Below, piece by piece: positions 1-13,207 of a stretch of 64,000 bases of DNA. Every line of letters begins with the position of its first letter. The stretch's first letter is position 1. The translations under genes were made by a program, and so were the position numbers. Location: NCBI GenBank assembly GCA_002269645.1, contig NIVC01001694.1:1-64000 (forward strand), given 5' to 3'. This DNA comes from Macrostomum lignano (lineage: Eukaryota). Under the pieces are notes generated by a model. It did no database searches and was not told where the DNA came from. It saw only the letters and a program-made list of their open reading frames with translations.

Positions 1-2
1 AA

Positions 3-1999
3 GACTCAAAAGCGTTCAGACAAATTCACCAGTCAATGTTTGATAGCAGTGTCGCTGCTATGACGTACTCATTGATCTACGACAATCTAAGGATGTACTA
101 CCAGAATATGCTAGCGGACGAGGCGATGGAACTGGGCCACACCAGGAACGAGTCGATTGTTGACTGCATCTTCAAGTACGCGATTTCAGTGTCTGCCCCT
201 TTAACTTGATATTTGCTAGGAGCTATACCTTGCCACGGACAGTGTCGTGAAGTCATTGCGTCGCTTGCATTTCAAAACCCCATCGCAGGTTCTGGGCACT
301 CGTGGATGCCACGACGATGGTCAAAGTGAAAATTTCTCGATCCAAACTTTTTCAACTGCCTGTCGGTGAATTCACTCCGGAGTACGCCATGACCATCATC
401 AGCATCACGCTAATTGTGTGGCTCGGCCCGGACGACAGTTACGACATCCGGCACAGACAGAGCTTCCTGAACGAGGTCTACGAGCAGGCCTATGGACTTA
501 GAGTGACGTTCACGAGCCGAAAACGCAGCCGAGGGTGAGGAGCTCTGATCCTTTACTCTTGTTTGCTAGGTAGTTCGCGCTAGTACAACACTCACACAGG
601 GGGTACAGAGGCCCTGACTTCTTCTCCTTAAGGCATGTACACTCTGTGCTTTGGATGTTGGATGTTGGATTGGCGAGAACCGCCCATTACAAGTCCCAAG
701 TCAATTTTCGTGAACGAACCTCGAAATGAAGTAGAGTGTATGTAATCGAACTTATGGACTTTGGCACAATTAGTCAGACAGAGCTACTCGCTTGGTTACG
801 AAGCAAAATTGGGAAGCAATTATAGACTTCCTAGTTTGAGAAATGTGTCCACAACTTTGCCTGTCTGTATAAAGAGTCTCCCATTCACTTAGCAGCTAAT
901 CGATTTCAACTCAGAGCTCAATTTTTCAACCCCAGGTGTTGGAGCAGGCATCCAGACGGAACCCGGCAAGATGAACGAAATCAAGTACCAGCCGATCCGG
1001 TTTGGCGAAAGGACACTCCGAAAAATCCATGCATATCGCTGGATGCAGCCGAGAAGCAAAGTTCCGGGATCTTAGAATGGAGTACAACTATGACTTTGAA
1101 CTCTGTTTGAACTCGAAAGTGCAGGAGGTGTTTTGAACAAGTGCGGCTGCATGTACATCGAGCTGCCGAGAATCGCGATGCCTAACAAAACCCACCCTAC
1201 TGCGGCTTCATGACGAGAAGTTTAAAGAGCGCCGCAGTGCGTCAAGTCACTGGACATCGAACGATTCGCAAGTCATTCGAGGGCAAGGACTGCTTTCCCA
1301 AGTGCGTCGATTTGAGCTTCGAGAAGGAGCTCTCCACGACAAAGTGGCGCGAGACCAAATGGATGCTGCCGGATCAAGGAGCTCTGCGAACGCTGGGACA
1401 AGCAATTTAAGCAGCTCAGCGGATCGAACGCCAGCGAGTTCGAGGAGAGCCTGACCGGCGTAACCGACTATCTCACGAGAGACAACATCACCGACCTCAG
1501 ATCGCTCGGCAACAGCACCAGCAAGGCTTCGTTCGATTTCGATGATCGCTTCTCCTTCATAGTAGTGAAGCGCAGAGCAACAACACATTTGTGAAGACTG
1601 AGAAGATCGTTCTAACGCTCAACGCGCTTTTTAGCCGAGTCGGTGTCTCTGCTCAATGTACATTGGCCTGACGCTGACCTTCATCATGGAGTTCATCGAG
1701 TTTATCTTTCGCCTGGCCTCCTGCGACAAAAGCAACGACAAAACCGGCGGGAACGCGGCGACGACGGCGGTCGCAGCGAAGCGAAGTCCAACCAGTCAAC
1801 CAGGAACTCTTGCCGAGTTGTGGAGGTCACCAGTCAGGACAATGGCGCGCCAGAGAACCAGAGCCTCATAGGCCAGCTCGCTGGAGACACTGAGCTCAGC
1901 GACAGCGGCAGCGTGATGCTGCGGGATCGAGCACCGGGTGCTCCCGACAACCGGGGACTTCCGGCACGATCAGGTATGGGTCAAGCAGGCCGATTCTAG
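3..1999 (+). CDS. DEG/ENaC (amiloride-sensitive channel / ASIC-FaNaC superfamily) subunit, 3' part, several single-base frameshifts
   Basis: Manual translation across frames gives ELGHTRNESIVDCIF (~140-175), DPNFFNCLSVN (~340-372), GLRV..HEP (~495-520), a Cys-rich thumb (LCLNSK..KCGC, ~1110-1150), CFPKCVDLSFEKELSTTKW (~1285-1345) and TM2 LFSRVG(G)LCSMYIGLTLTFIMEFIEF (~1627-1705). An intron runs ~534-935 (GTGAG...CCCCAG). The 5' part lies outside the window. Confidence 0.85.
591..649 (+). repeat. dispersed short hairpin repeat, copy in DEG/ENaC intron
   Basis: CACACAGGGGGTACAG-AGGCCCTGACTT...AGGCATGTACACTCTGTG; similar sequence at 6055, 6831-6905 (minus), 30207 and 36797. Confidence 0.6.
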
Positions 2000-2488
2000 A
2001 GTGTAACCAGGCAATGAGCTGCAGAACAGAACTCAAGCACTGCGTCTGATTGAACCAAAAAGTAAACTTGATTTTTTGAAGCCGTTCAAATATTTTAAAC
2101 AAAAAAGTTTCCATTATTATAATTTTGTTTGTGCGTCAAAAATTTTGAAGCGTTAATTTTTTAATCTTCAGCTTTTGCAGCTGCGTACATGTACTTGATG
2201 ACGATATTACGCAATCAATTAACGAATTTCTGTTTATCTCTTGAAGGAATAGGTTATTTTTGTTTCATTTTCTTTTTTATGTTTGTGTGGCCATTGCCTA
2301 CTTTTATTAAAGTCCCTAAACTAAACTATTGTACTTAAGAAATCACGATTAAGTCTGCCATAAATTTTTGAGACACCCTGGAAAGTTCATTCACCAATTA
2401 AAATAAAAAGCAGCTTTAACTGTCTAGTTTAGAACGCTTTTCGCAAAACTTGTCTTACTGTTATCTTTGGTTTAGCAGAGAGCTCATA

Positions 2489-3200
2489 TCATCTGCACAC
2501 TGTTGAGTACTTTAACAGAATTAAGACTGCGCTCCGACCGCAGTCAGAGAGCGGACTCCTGAAGAGCATATAGATTTCAGTTGAGGCTGCCCTTATCCAA
2601 TCGAAAGTCAGTCCAGCACTTGTACTGGTCAAGTAATAGCGTGACTGCAAACTTCTGATTAAGACCTCCTTCTCTCTCCTTTGATCAAGCCGCCATGCGA
2701 GGGTCAGCGCTTCCTCTGTCCGCTCGGAAAAAATCAAGTATTCTACTGGCTGTATACATGTACACCAGTTTCTTCTGGGCTAAATAAAAGACTCCCCGTT
2801 TTCTCTCACAAAATACTTGAGCAAACAGTTTAGGGCGGGGAACTCAATGCAGTCTGCAGTCTTGGAAGCCATTAAATACGAGTATATGAACCAAACGAGC
2901 TATCAGAAACCATAACGCTGTGAAAAAGGCGCTCACATTAAGGCACTTCCGTTCGCAAGTGCACTAAAAAATTTTTAAAGCCTTTCGAGGAGCCTTCACA
3001 GATTCTTCATTCAATGCTTCGTGAAGGTCTTAGTTGAATTCAGCTAGAACATGCTACATTATTGACACTCTTTATGAATTGATTCACAAAAAACTGCTAA
3101 CTAACCACACTGGACTCGCGCGCCTGCTCTGTAGAATGGAACAAATCAAGAAGCATATTCATTCTCCGGCTGCACTTTGCCTCCACACAATGCAGATATA
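2489..3200 (-). CDS. candidate small multi-exon gene of unknown function
   Basis: The open last exon 2749-2489 has an acceptor (ATACAG). It joins in phase 0 to an upstream segment (...LNCLLKYF|gtgag) across a ~60-nt intron. Further upstream segments need frameshifts. No family recognised. Confidence 0.3.
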
Positions 3201-3423
3201 AATTAACATTATTATATTCAAGAGGCTCACAAATTTCATTTATTAAAAATAAGGTATAGAGAGAGTCGTCGAATGTCAAAACCAAAAGTATATGTACAGT
3301 ACAAGATCTACTTGATCAGTGTTACTCGCTTGGAATGGTGAGACATTTTCACATGTCATAGAGATTTACTACTGTCCTACTGTCAGCAGAGCAGTAGGCA
3401 CAATCGCGCACTAATTGCCAGCA

Positions 3424-6320
3424 TCAAGGATACAGTTGAGCTATTCTGTCCCTAGCCAACTGCGGAGCGTCGGAGCTGAACGCCAGACGAAAATTCTGCG
3501 CTGCCAGGAGGTCCGCCTCCGAGTTGATCGGCTCTCGACGACGAAACCGCAGTGAAGTCTCGCGGCGAGGGCGACGGCTTCCAGCCACATGTTCGGCTTA
3601 ACCCGCTTCAGAACATCGGTGCGGCGGCCCCACGATGGGAACTCGTTGAACTCGAGCAGGTAGACACGCAGCTTGGCGTCCACCAGCATGTCGACGCCCA
3701 TGATGCGGAAGGCGCCAGCTGCGAAGTCCCGGTCCTCCAAGTGCTCCTTGTACAGCGCAGAGACGTAGCCCAGAATAGCCGCGACTTTGGGTACAGAACG
3801 TCTCTCGCCCAGTTCATCTCGCCGAGGCGTCCCCGTCGGTTCAGGTAGGCGTTGAGCTCGTCCGGATACCAAGTTGTGGCTTCCTTGAGCTCGGAGAACA
3901 GCTCAGACTGTCTGGCCTGAACGCTTTGATTGGTCAGATGCAGAGCCAGGTTCTTCAGGTCGCTCGGATCGTACGGAGACGAGCAGAGGCGCACGAATCC
4001 CGGATGTAGGAATGCGAAGTAGCCGGTCTCCGGTCGACCGCCAACGCCGCTCGATTGGCGCCGAGTGTTGACAATCAGGTAATAAACTCGCATGTCGAAC
4101 TTGCGCTTGTCAACTAGCAGCGGCGGATCGATGTAGCGCTGAAGGATCACGTGAGAGAGGCGCATCCGGCGGTACTGACTACGTCGAAGGAAGATCAGGA
4201 GATCGCGTCTAACTTCATCGGGACCGCCGATTTGTACCAGCTTCTGCATTTGACCCATGGTGCCTCTGGAAAATAAGGTATTGCGATTAAGCTAACGGTG
4301 TCTTACTGAGACAGAATGAGACATGAAGCACGATCGTTTGTAGCACACTTTCTGTATCTGTCACAGGTGTAACTTTTGCTATCATTTCTTTGATTTATGC
4401 CGCTCATGTAAGATACATTAGCTTGACTTTATTTTAGTAAGAAACAGTAAAGAAAATGCGCTCATTAGAACTAATGGTTTCCTCCTCTACATTCGTATCA
4501 GCCTCTGTATTTGCCCTTTCCGTCACGGCTACCCTGATTTTCGCACACTCTCCGCCCTTCTGTGTCTCGCTCTTTTCTTTCCACCGCTTGTTCGCCCCTC
4601 GGCCCATTTCTCCTTTTCCGCCCCTTCCGCCCCCTCTCCCCCTCAGCCCCCTCTCCGCCCCTCTTTCAACCTTCCGCCCCTCTCTTTGCCCTTTTGTCTC
4701 CCACTGCTCTTCTTTCCACCCCTTCTTTCCGCTCCTCCTCTTTCCACCGTTCTCTCCGCCTTTCTCTCCGCCATTCTCTCCGCCCCTCTCTCCGCTCCTT
4801 CTCTCCGCCCCTCTCTCCGCCCATTCTCTCCGCCCCTCTCCCGCCCATTCTCTCCGCCCCTCTCTCCGCCTCTCTCTCCGCCTCTCTCTCCGCCCATTCT
4901 CTCCGCCCCTCTCTCCGCCTCTCTCTCCGCCTCTCTCTCCGCCCATTCTCTCCGCCCCTCTCTCCGCCCATTCTCTCCGCCCCTCTCTCCGCCTCTCTCC
5001 GCCTCTCTCTCCGCCCATTCTCTCCGCCCTCTCTCCGACCCTCTCTCCGCCTCTCTCTCCGCCCCTCTCTCCGCCCATTCTCTCCGCCCCTCTCTCCGCC
5101 CATTCTCTCCGCCCCTCTCTCCGCCTCTCTCTCCGCCTCTCTCTCCGCCCATTCTCTCCGCCCCTCTCTCCGCCTCTCTCTCCGCCTCTCTCCGCCCATT
5201 CTCTCCGCCCCTCTCTCCGCCCATTCTCTCCGCCCATTCTCTCCGCCCTCTCTCCGCCTCTCTCTCCGCCTCTCTCTCCGCCCATTCTCTCCGCCCCTCT
5301 CTCCGACCCTCTCTCCGCCTCTCTCTCCGCCTCTCTCTCCGCCATTCTCTCCGCCCCTCTCTCCGACCCTCTCTCCGCCTCTCTCTCCGCTCATTCTCTC
5401 CGCCCCTCTCTCCGCCCCTCTCTCCGCCTCTCTCTCCGCCCATTCTCTCCGCCCCTCTCTCCGTCCCTCTCTCCGCCTCTCCCTCCGCTCCTTCTCTCCG
5501 CCCCTCTCCCCGCCCTCTCCGAGTGTGGACAATAAAACAGCTTGTCTGTAACATGCGTTCTCCGTGGAACAGATTATCTATAACGCGCCTTACAGATAGA
5601 ACAAATCATATATAACAGACCGCATATAACAGACTCCATGTGACATGCGTTCTCCCAAGACCGTGCAGCTAGTTGGTAAAAACTACGGGTGACAAACTTT
5701 TGAAACGCAGTTAATTTCAAACTCAACTCACCTCGACGGCTTAGCCAAGTATGTTCCAGGATTTTGGCCGAGTTTCTGCTCAAGATTGGCATCGCTCAGG
5801 CTGAGCGTCAGCGCCGTGAACTCTTCGTAGCCAAAGAGGCCGCCGGATGCGGTGCGGAACGCCTGACCGGATGCGACCAGCCGGCCCTCCAGCAGGCGGA
5901 GCCAGCGGACCAGCAGGGACTTGCTGCACAGCTGGTTCATCGGCTCGGTAAACGGCCGCATGGTGAGGCAGTTTGGCCTGTCTGAATGAGAGGCACAATG
6001 GACCCACAGTCAGTTGATTTGGCATCACGCGAAATCGTACACACGCAGGCACACTCTCACACAGGGTGTACATGTACAGCGGCCCTGACTTTCTTTTCAT
6101 TCGACATGTAAAGACTCGATCTCTGGGCCTTGATTTTGCGCACAAGCCGTCGAAAAAAGTCAGACAAGTGACTCACTGAAAGCGGGGTTGTTTCTTGGAA
6201 TGGACAGCGCCACGTTGAGCTTCCCGTCTTCTCATCGAAGTTGTCAGCCTCCTTGACCGCCTCATCTTCTCTGATTCTACTGAAGCCAATAGAGTTGGTG
6301 ACTCGCACAACGCTGCGATT
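3424..6320 (-). CDS. tubulin-tyrosine-ligase-like (TTL domain) protein, most similar in motif pattern to TTLL10-type glycylases
   Basis: Motifs: NQLCSKSLLVRWLR; YLAKPSR|GTMG (exon 5981-5732 spliced to 4265, phase 2 matches); ILQRYIDPPLLVDKRKFDMRVY; HLTNQSVQ; GAFRIMGVDMLVDAKLRVYLLEFNEFP. Frameshifts at ~3790 (C run) and ~3545, with the probable stop at 3426-3424. Further 5' exons probably reach ~7150 (donor at ~6945). Confidence 0.85.
4590..5520. repeat. polypyrimidine minisatellite (CTCTCTCCGCC / CCCATTCTCTCCGC) in TTLL intron
   Basis: Tandem 11-14-bp CT-rich units; source of the six overlapping low-complexity ORFs at 4434-5615. Confidence 0.95.
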
Positions 6321-6830
6321 AATTGGGATTTTTTTACCATTAAATCAACATCGCATTATCTTAATTAGAGAACATGCAACAAATTCAAAAGTAACTTCTT
6401 GTAAAAGTAAAGCAAAGGACTTCTACAATTGTACATGTCCTGTGCCTAAAAGCCGTTAAAATGGCACGGCTCGGCTCACTGGTTTTATGAATCTAGTTTG
6501 TCATTATTAGCTGGACTGTGTAACAATATGTGTAACAGAGATGATAGAACAGATTCATAAAACCAAAGAGTCGAGCTGTGCCATGCATTTTTAATGGTTT
6601 TTAGGTACAGGAATGTACGTAGAATAAAAAAATAACACGGGATCCTAATTTTCTTAACGAAACCGGAAAAGCTCTATGAATGCAATGTCATCAATAGAGC
6701 TATAAGAAAGTTAAGACATATCAAAAGATGAACACTGGGTCTGCCTCCTATCAAAATAAATAACATTTTTGTGCTAAAAAATCAAAACCTCCTATCTCCT
6801 TTTTGAAATGCCTGCCTCCGAGAATTATCG

Positions 6831-6905
6831 TGAGATTCACAGCCATGAGGGCCAACCCCCCCCCACACCGATGCACAGAGAGTGTACATGCCTTAAGGAG
6901 GAGAA
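6831..6905 (-). repeat. dispersed short hairpin repeat, 3' half
   Basis: The reverse complement reads TTAAGGCATGTACACTCTCTGTGC...GGGGGTTGGCCCTCATGGCTGTGAAT, matching 36830-36872. Confidence 0.6.
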
Positions 6906-8239
6906 CGACAATATCATAAAAGAATAGCCATCTTCCACAGCTCACTCTGACGTGTTGGCCCGAACCGGTTGCCTCCAAGTCCGGTAGCTTGCACCGCTAG
7001 GCCGATATCGTCAATGTACTTCTCTCTGATGGCCGAACAAACATCCTGCAGTCTGTATGGTTGGACAGGATCGCCGCCTGCTGGATTCGAGGATTGTCAG
7101 GTCTGGTGTCTCCCTGTTGGTCAACAGTGCTTGACTGGTTCGTGTTTGGCGGAATGAAAATCACGTGCTTTGCCATTAATTAGCTATAGAGACCTAAGTA
7201 CTTCTAGCTCTGATATGATATATGATGTATGCTATAAATTATTATGGAACTTATAAATTCTTATAAAAGTCATTGTTTCAAAAGCACATTTACTAAAGAC
7301 TGGACCGTAGATCTCAATCTTCACTAGATAGGCCACTTTGTATTGCGGTAATAGGGAAAGTAAGCCGACAAGGGTTGTTTAAATTTTGAGTTCAGTAGCT
7401 TAAGGACATAGACGCTATTTTTAAGAATTTGATAGAACTTCTCATGAATTAAATACGTAAAAAGCTAATCAAACGAAGAATGCTGCATGCACTGCAGAGA
7501 CTACTGACGAAATTGCGTTCAGTAGTTGATTTTCGCGCTGTTGCGAGTTGCAGAATTTCTCGCATTGGCTTCTATGGCCACATAGCGGTTAATGAGTGGC
7601 CCATCCTGTGTTATGTGATCCTTGAGCCTTCCGAAGTGAGGCGCAGACGCATTTTTATGTCTATGATGGTTTTAATTGTAATCTTCGATCTAATAAAGCT
7701 ATAGATTTAATATAACTTTTCCTGAAATTGGATTTAGAGTTCTAATGATTGCCGATGTGAAATATCGACGCATCAGGACGTAACGTCCTTTGCGTTCCAT
7801 GAAATATTGGGCGAAAATTTTTCATTTCAGTTTTTGGTGTCTCGACCAAACGCAGAAGCTGAAAGTACTACAAATTCATTTAAAAAACTATAGATTTCGA
7901 CTACCTGAGCACCTCTGCAAGAACATTTCAAGTGAACATCCTATATCCTAAAAATATAGAAGCAGAAATTTATCTCATAAAGCTTGGTGTTAAATAATGT
8001 CGCAGTTACTGCCTTGCCCGCCTTTGAACTCAAAATTTGCTTTTATTCAAATCAATTCACAGCCTACCAGATTATTGCGCACAAATATCCTTTCGAAATT
8101 TAATTACATATACGAGCACTTTACGAGTATCATTATTCGTCAGATGAGGCAACAAACGCTTTTACCAATTATTAAAACATTATTTTTCAAGGCCCAGGTT
8201 AATAAGAAATAAAAAGGTCAGTTCTAAACCACATTGATT

Positions 8240-9420
8240 TTCGGCTCGATCATTGCGACTCTGGCAGCTCTGCTTCTGCTGTTCGTCTCGCTCCAAAGTC
8301 CTGGATAAACCGGATTGGAAGCCTGCCAACCTGTGCACCAGCGAGGCCTGCATGAGATCCTACTCTTACTCGTAGTTTATAAAAGTTGGAAGAGCCGAAA
8401 GTAAAGGCCAGAAAGGGACCTCTGTATGACTTTATAAGGCTGGAGGCCGCTCTCTCGGTTGTGAACTTCCTGCCAGACGAAGAATCGTTTCAAGCGCTAA
8501 AGAATTTGTTTGGAGAGCAGAAGTTCCTTGTAAATCAATACGAGGGATGGCGAAACGTCTTCGTAGCTTCTATAGTCTGCATGCAGATGTCGCTGGAGAC
8601 CATGCCCACAATGGCATTCGAGATGTTCACCAGCGCCTTCGTGAACGACAGCTTCGACTCGGTGAAGAGTATGTTAGCGAGCCATGAAGCGTAGCGTGGA
8701 CGAAGAGTCCTGGATTCGACTGCCGAGCAAAATGTCAATCAATAGTAAACTGGACGCTCTACAGAGCACCGTGTCCTATACCCCCGCTTCAACATGTCCG
8801 AGTTCACGGAGGTCTACTCAAACTTGAGCAATCGAGTCCGGCATTGCGAGTCATTCGGCCAAATCATTCTGGTGTACAAGAGCGCCTTGGTAAAGAATCA
8901 ACTCTGGTACTTGAGCACCAATCAGCCGAAGCGGAGAGCCAAGGAGATCTTCGAAGATGCAATGGCAGTAAACTCTGGGTACTCGGAGGTTGACAACGCA
9001 ATCTTCATTTACCTGGACTGCTGCGAACCCAAATCTACTTGAAGGGCTCCCCGACTACCTGCTGTACGGAGGCGTCGGCAGCGTCACCGGTTACGAGATC
9101 GGGCACGCCTTCGACTGGAACGGACGCACTTTGATGGCAGCGGACGAAAACTTTCCTCAACGATATTTGATGGCGACACGGAGGAGTACCGCAGTCGGAG
9201 TCAGTGCCTCGTCAGCTCGTAGCCGCGGCCGAGAAGCTGTCAGGTCTGACACCTGAGCAGCTGTTCTTCATCCAGGATGCTCAGTTTTACTACAACAAGG
9301 CTGAAAACAATACATTGTATTCGAAGCTCGGTTATGCCTGTAGTTTTATCCGAGTGACGACAGCAAGTGCCACTTTTAATGAACGTTGCGCGCATTTTCA
9401 AGTTGGCAAATGATCCACTC
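8240..9420 (+). pseudogene. M13/neprilysin-like copy A, internally deleted pseudogene
   Basis: A TM segment and LCTSEAC (~8250-8355) jump directly to sequence nearly identical to 15965-16790. It carries YEIGH, extra frameshifts, a second deletion at ~9212 and a degenerate C-terminus. Confidence 0.85.
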
Positions 9421-9893
9421 TGCATGTCGCTAGCTGGAGCTTTGATTTTTGGCAGTGTGTGCTTTGTCAGTGTGCGTGTGTGCGTTTACCAGTTTTAATC
9501 GGAATATTATACTTGATACAATTGAGAGGCCGCCAAGTACAGTGCATGGGATCTAACTGCTTTTGTGCCGTCTGCAACAGGAGGTTTTTTTCGATATCCT
9601 TTCAATTTGTGAATTCCGAATCGAAGCTACACTTTACTGTCTGAGCAATGAAAAAAATGCGGAGATACACTCTGTAAAACTGCGTCTGCAGCGTTTTAAT
9701 TTTATTGGAGCACAGCTTAAGAACCTTTTCAATTTGAGTATTTTTGTGACGGGAAAATCTTGTATTGCAAAACCTTTGAGAATTTCAAGCTAGAACGAGG
9801 CCTGAATCTTCGCAGGTCGATGGGTCATTTTGCTTGTATAAATAGAGCAATAAGTTGCTAGCAGAGAAGGCAAATCTGAGTGAAAATTTAAAA

Positions 9894-12464
9894 ATGGCAC
9901 CCTTTAGTGGAATTAAAAAGGTAAGACTTTTTTCTTAATTGATGCATGTTTCAGACGTTAATAACGCGCCTTAATCGGGCACCCGAAGTCCCTGGGTTCG
10001 AATCCGCTTGATCGAGTACATTGTCTAACGCACAGTCATCCAAGGACTGTGTCTGCTTTGGGATCAATTAGTCAGAAGAAATTAGAAGATCGAAATTCTC
10101 TGTGATGAAGTTGTAATTGTGAACTTTAACATATCAGAATGTAAATTGGGAACTTTTCACCCCGCAGGTCACCCTCGAGGAGGAAGGTGCAAATCTGAGG
10201 CCGTCAACTCGGCAAAAGCTGACTCGCTTCGCTCCGGCTCTGGTCATCTTGCTGCTTTCTGTTCTGCTTCTAGTGTTCATTCTGCTCTACGCTTTGGTGC
10301 CGAAAGCAGCTGACCAACGGAAGCCAGATGTGTGCACCAGCAAGGACTGCATCAGCACGAGCGCTATGCTGGACAGAAGCGTCGACTTTACGGTGGATCC
10401 GTGCCACGACTTCTACAGCTTTGCCTGCGGCGGCTTCTTCAAGAGTCACCCGTTCACCGTGGCGACAATCGACCGTGGAATTAGCAGATTTGATCAAAAT
10501 ACAAAAACCTTTGAGGGCCAATTCTTTGAATTATTGTATGATAAAAATCTGACTAAATCGAAAGACCCTGAGATTGACAAACTGTTTCAAGCAGCCAGGT
10601 ACTTTTTTACGACCTGTGCTGCCGCAATGCGACCGAAAAGTGACTGGGCGTCCCGGCCAGAGTTGCTACCGAAGGGCTGGAATTATTCTTCCAATGCCAT
10701 TACGGTAAGCAGCGTCATCAACCGTCTAATTAAATACCTGGACAATTTCACCAGCGTGGAAGACTTCATGGCCAGACTCGTCAAGATTAACTCGTCCGGG
10801 TTTCTACAGTTGTCCGTCAATGCTCACGCGAGATTGAAAATGGTGGTCAAACGGAAGCGATGGCTTCCATTTAATTCGCCTATTGTGACTCTACGACTGT
10901 GAACTGGTTCGGCACAAATAATCTGTCACTCGCTGATTATATACGAAGGATGGAAGCAGCTGGTGTACAGCTGGAACTCAATTCAGCTGTCGACGATCTG
11001 CAGATTTTAGAAAGCAATATTTCAGCGTTGTTTGCAAGTTTCGATTCAGACAACTCAGCCTTCCAAGGCACTGCAGCAGTCGCTGATGACGCTGTGATTG
11101 CTAATTTCAGTGGCACCTCTTTTCGGTGGACAAAATTTATCGATAACTTGGATGGTCAAAACCCACGGTTAAATAATGATAGCAGGCTTGTGATCGAAAG
11201 TTTTTCATTCTTGATGAGATTGCTTGAGCAGCTGGAGCCTGAGTTGCAATCGAGAAGCGGAATTTTATATGACTACTTTAGACTGCAGGCGGCGATGCTG
11301 GTGGGGAATGAGCTGGTAACGGGTAAGCAAATTGCCCCATCACAGCACATAGTTGATACTCACCAACTGCAGATTGACTTCGCTACAGACTGCGCAAAAC
11401 TGACGAGAACCTTAGTGCCAGCAATTGTGTACGAAATGTTCCGCAAGACCTACTCTGACGAAAGCTACACGAAGGCCGATGAAGTGATTGCAAACGTCAA
11501 GCAGGCAATGCTGGAGAACGTGCGCAAAGCTTCGTGGATTTCGTCGACAGTAAAAAAATCAATCGAGGCCAAGATCATCGCGATCAGCCGCTTGCATTAC
11601 TTTCCACAGATTCCTTTGGAAGAGATGAAGAAATTCTACGGCTCCTTGAACCTATTTGAAAAGCTACAAAATTCCAAAACATTAGCAGACGTAATTTGGA
11701 TCTCTTTTGAAGTCAAATACGTGAATAAAATTTGGTTTCTTACGACAGATAACCCCGACAACGCTGGCTTAGTCACGCCCCATCTCTTTGATTTGATGGA
11801 CATCAATGCATTTTATGAATTTAATTTGAATGTAATCTACATCCTGCCAGGAATGCTATTCACCTATGTGTACAGCAATGGGCCTTATCCCGACTACCTG
11901 CTGTACGGTGGGCTGGGTGACACCATTGGTCATGAGATCGGGCACGCCTTCGACCGGGACAAATTTGAACAGGATTTCGAGGCGCATTCAGCGGACCCTG
12001 AAGTCACCCGAACGCTGCAGCAGTACAATTATCGAACTCAGTGCCTAATTGATTCGTACAATGACTTGATTGAGTCCCAGGCCGTCGGATTTCGCAAAGG
12101 AATTGGAAATCAAACGGCCTCCGAAAACTTTTCAGACATTGTTGGCATCAATGCCGCATTCCGCGCTTACAAAACTCGGGAGAGCCGCTCTGGAAAGTCT
12201 GGAAAGACGCCCCAGCTGCTGCCAAGTCGGCTATTGTCAAATCTGACATTTGATCAGCTGTTCTTTGTTCAGAGTGCCCAGTTCTACTGTTTCAAAGCTG
12301 GCACCGAGCGGATCCGGCAGCTGTACGCTGCAGACCGGCACTCGCCACCGCGACCTCGGTATAACGGACTAGCGATGCATTCCCGGGACTTTGCTACCGT
12401 TTTCAACTGCAAACTGGGGGATCCCATGTACCTGAGCGATGACAGAAAGTGCTCATTCTGGTAA
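9894..12464 (+). CDS. M13 family (neprilysin/ECE-like) type II membrane zinc metallopeptidase, copy B
   Basis: Exon 1 is 9894-9920 (MAPFSGIKK|gtaag), the intron is 9921-10167, and exon 2 is 10168-12464 in phase 0. Motifs: TM anchor, CTSKDC, DPCHDFYSFACGGF, INAFY, GHEIGHAFD (11931-11945), ENFSD, HSP..R, terminal CSFW. One frameshift at ~10875-10898. Confidence 0.9.
9960..10080 (+). mobile_element. possible tRNA-derived SINE remnant in M13 copy B intron
   Basis: Perfect Pol III B-box GGTTCGAATCC at 9995-10005. No convincing A-box or cloverleaf seen. Confidence 0.25.
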
Positions 12465-12649
12465 TTTTTAACTCGTATTCGCAATTACATTCTGCTAACT
12501 GATTTGCCATCTCATTTAGCCGGATATGTTTAAAGAAAAATGATTGAAAAACAACCTACGGAGCAATCTACCTGTACGGAGGCTGCGGTTGAGAAGAGTT
12601 CAGTATTTGAAGGTTCTTATTAATGTCAAACGGTTGCAACTTTGCCACC

Positions 12650-12812
12650 GTGATGAGCACAGGTGTTGAGCATGGGTTATGAGCACAGGTGATGAACACG
12701 AGTGTGTGAGCATGGGTGATGAGCACGGGTGTTGAGCACAGGTGTTGAGCACGGGTGATGAGCACAGGTTATAAGCATGGGTGATGAGCACGGGTGATGA
12801 GCACGGGGATGA
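12650..12812. repeat. 13-bp minisatellite (GATGAGCAC[A/G]GGT)
   Basis: About 12 imperfect tandem units. Confidence 0.9.
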
Positions 12813-13167
12813 GTGAAGTGAAACGAAAGCGCCGTTAGCTAGAGGATGGGAGAAATCAGCCGACACGCGCGGGATGCGTGATCAAGCATCCAGCCTTGGC
12901 AGAAACTCCCCAGATGCAAAAGATCTTCATGCCTAAAAATAGCCCTGAGCGTGAAGCCCAGCCATGCGACCTTCGAGTGTTGCATGAATCTCCTCTGGGC
13001 GACGGCTCCTATTGGGCCTCCCCATTCCACTTTCTTCCCCTATTCCTCCTTGCTCGCGAACAGTGTGTTAGCTTACATAATATAGAGGAAACATCCTCGC
13101 CAGAAGTTTGAGAGAATCTGACTCTATAGATCACACGGAGAAAGTACCTTGAGTCCATTGCTCGACC

Positions 13168-13175
13168 AACTGACT

Positions 13176-13207
<32 letters not shown>

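Noticed and set aside
4434-5615. Pro/Ser-rich and Glu/Arg/Gly-rich ORFs
   Set aside because: Intronic CT repeat inside a TTLL intron defined by phase-matched splice sites.
9995-10005. tRNA gene
   Set aside because: Only a B-box; I could not build an acceptor stem or cloverleaf.
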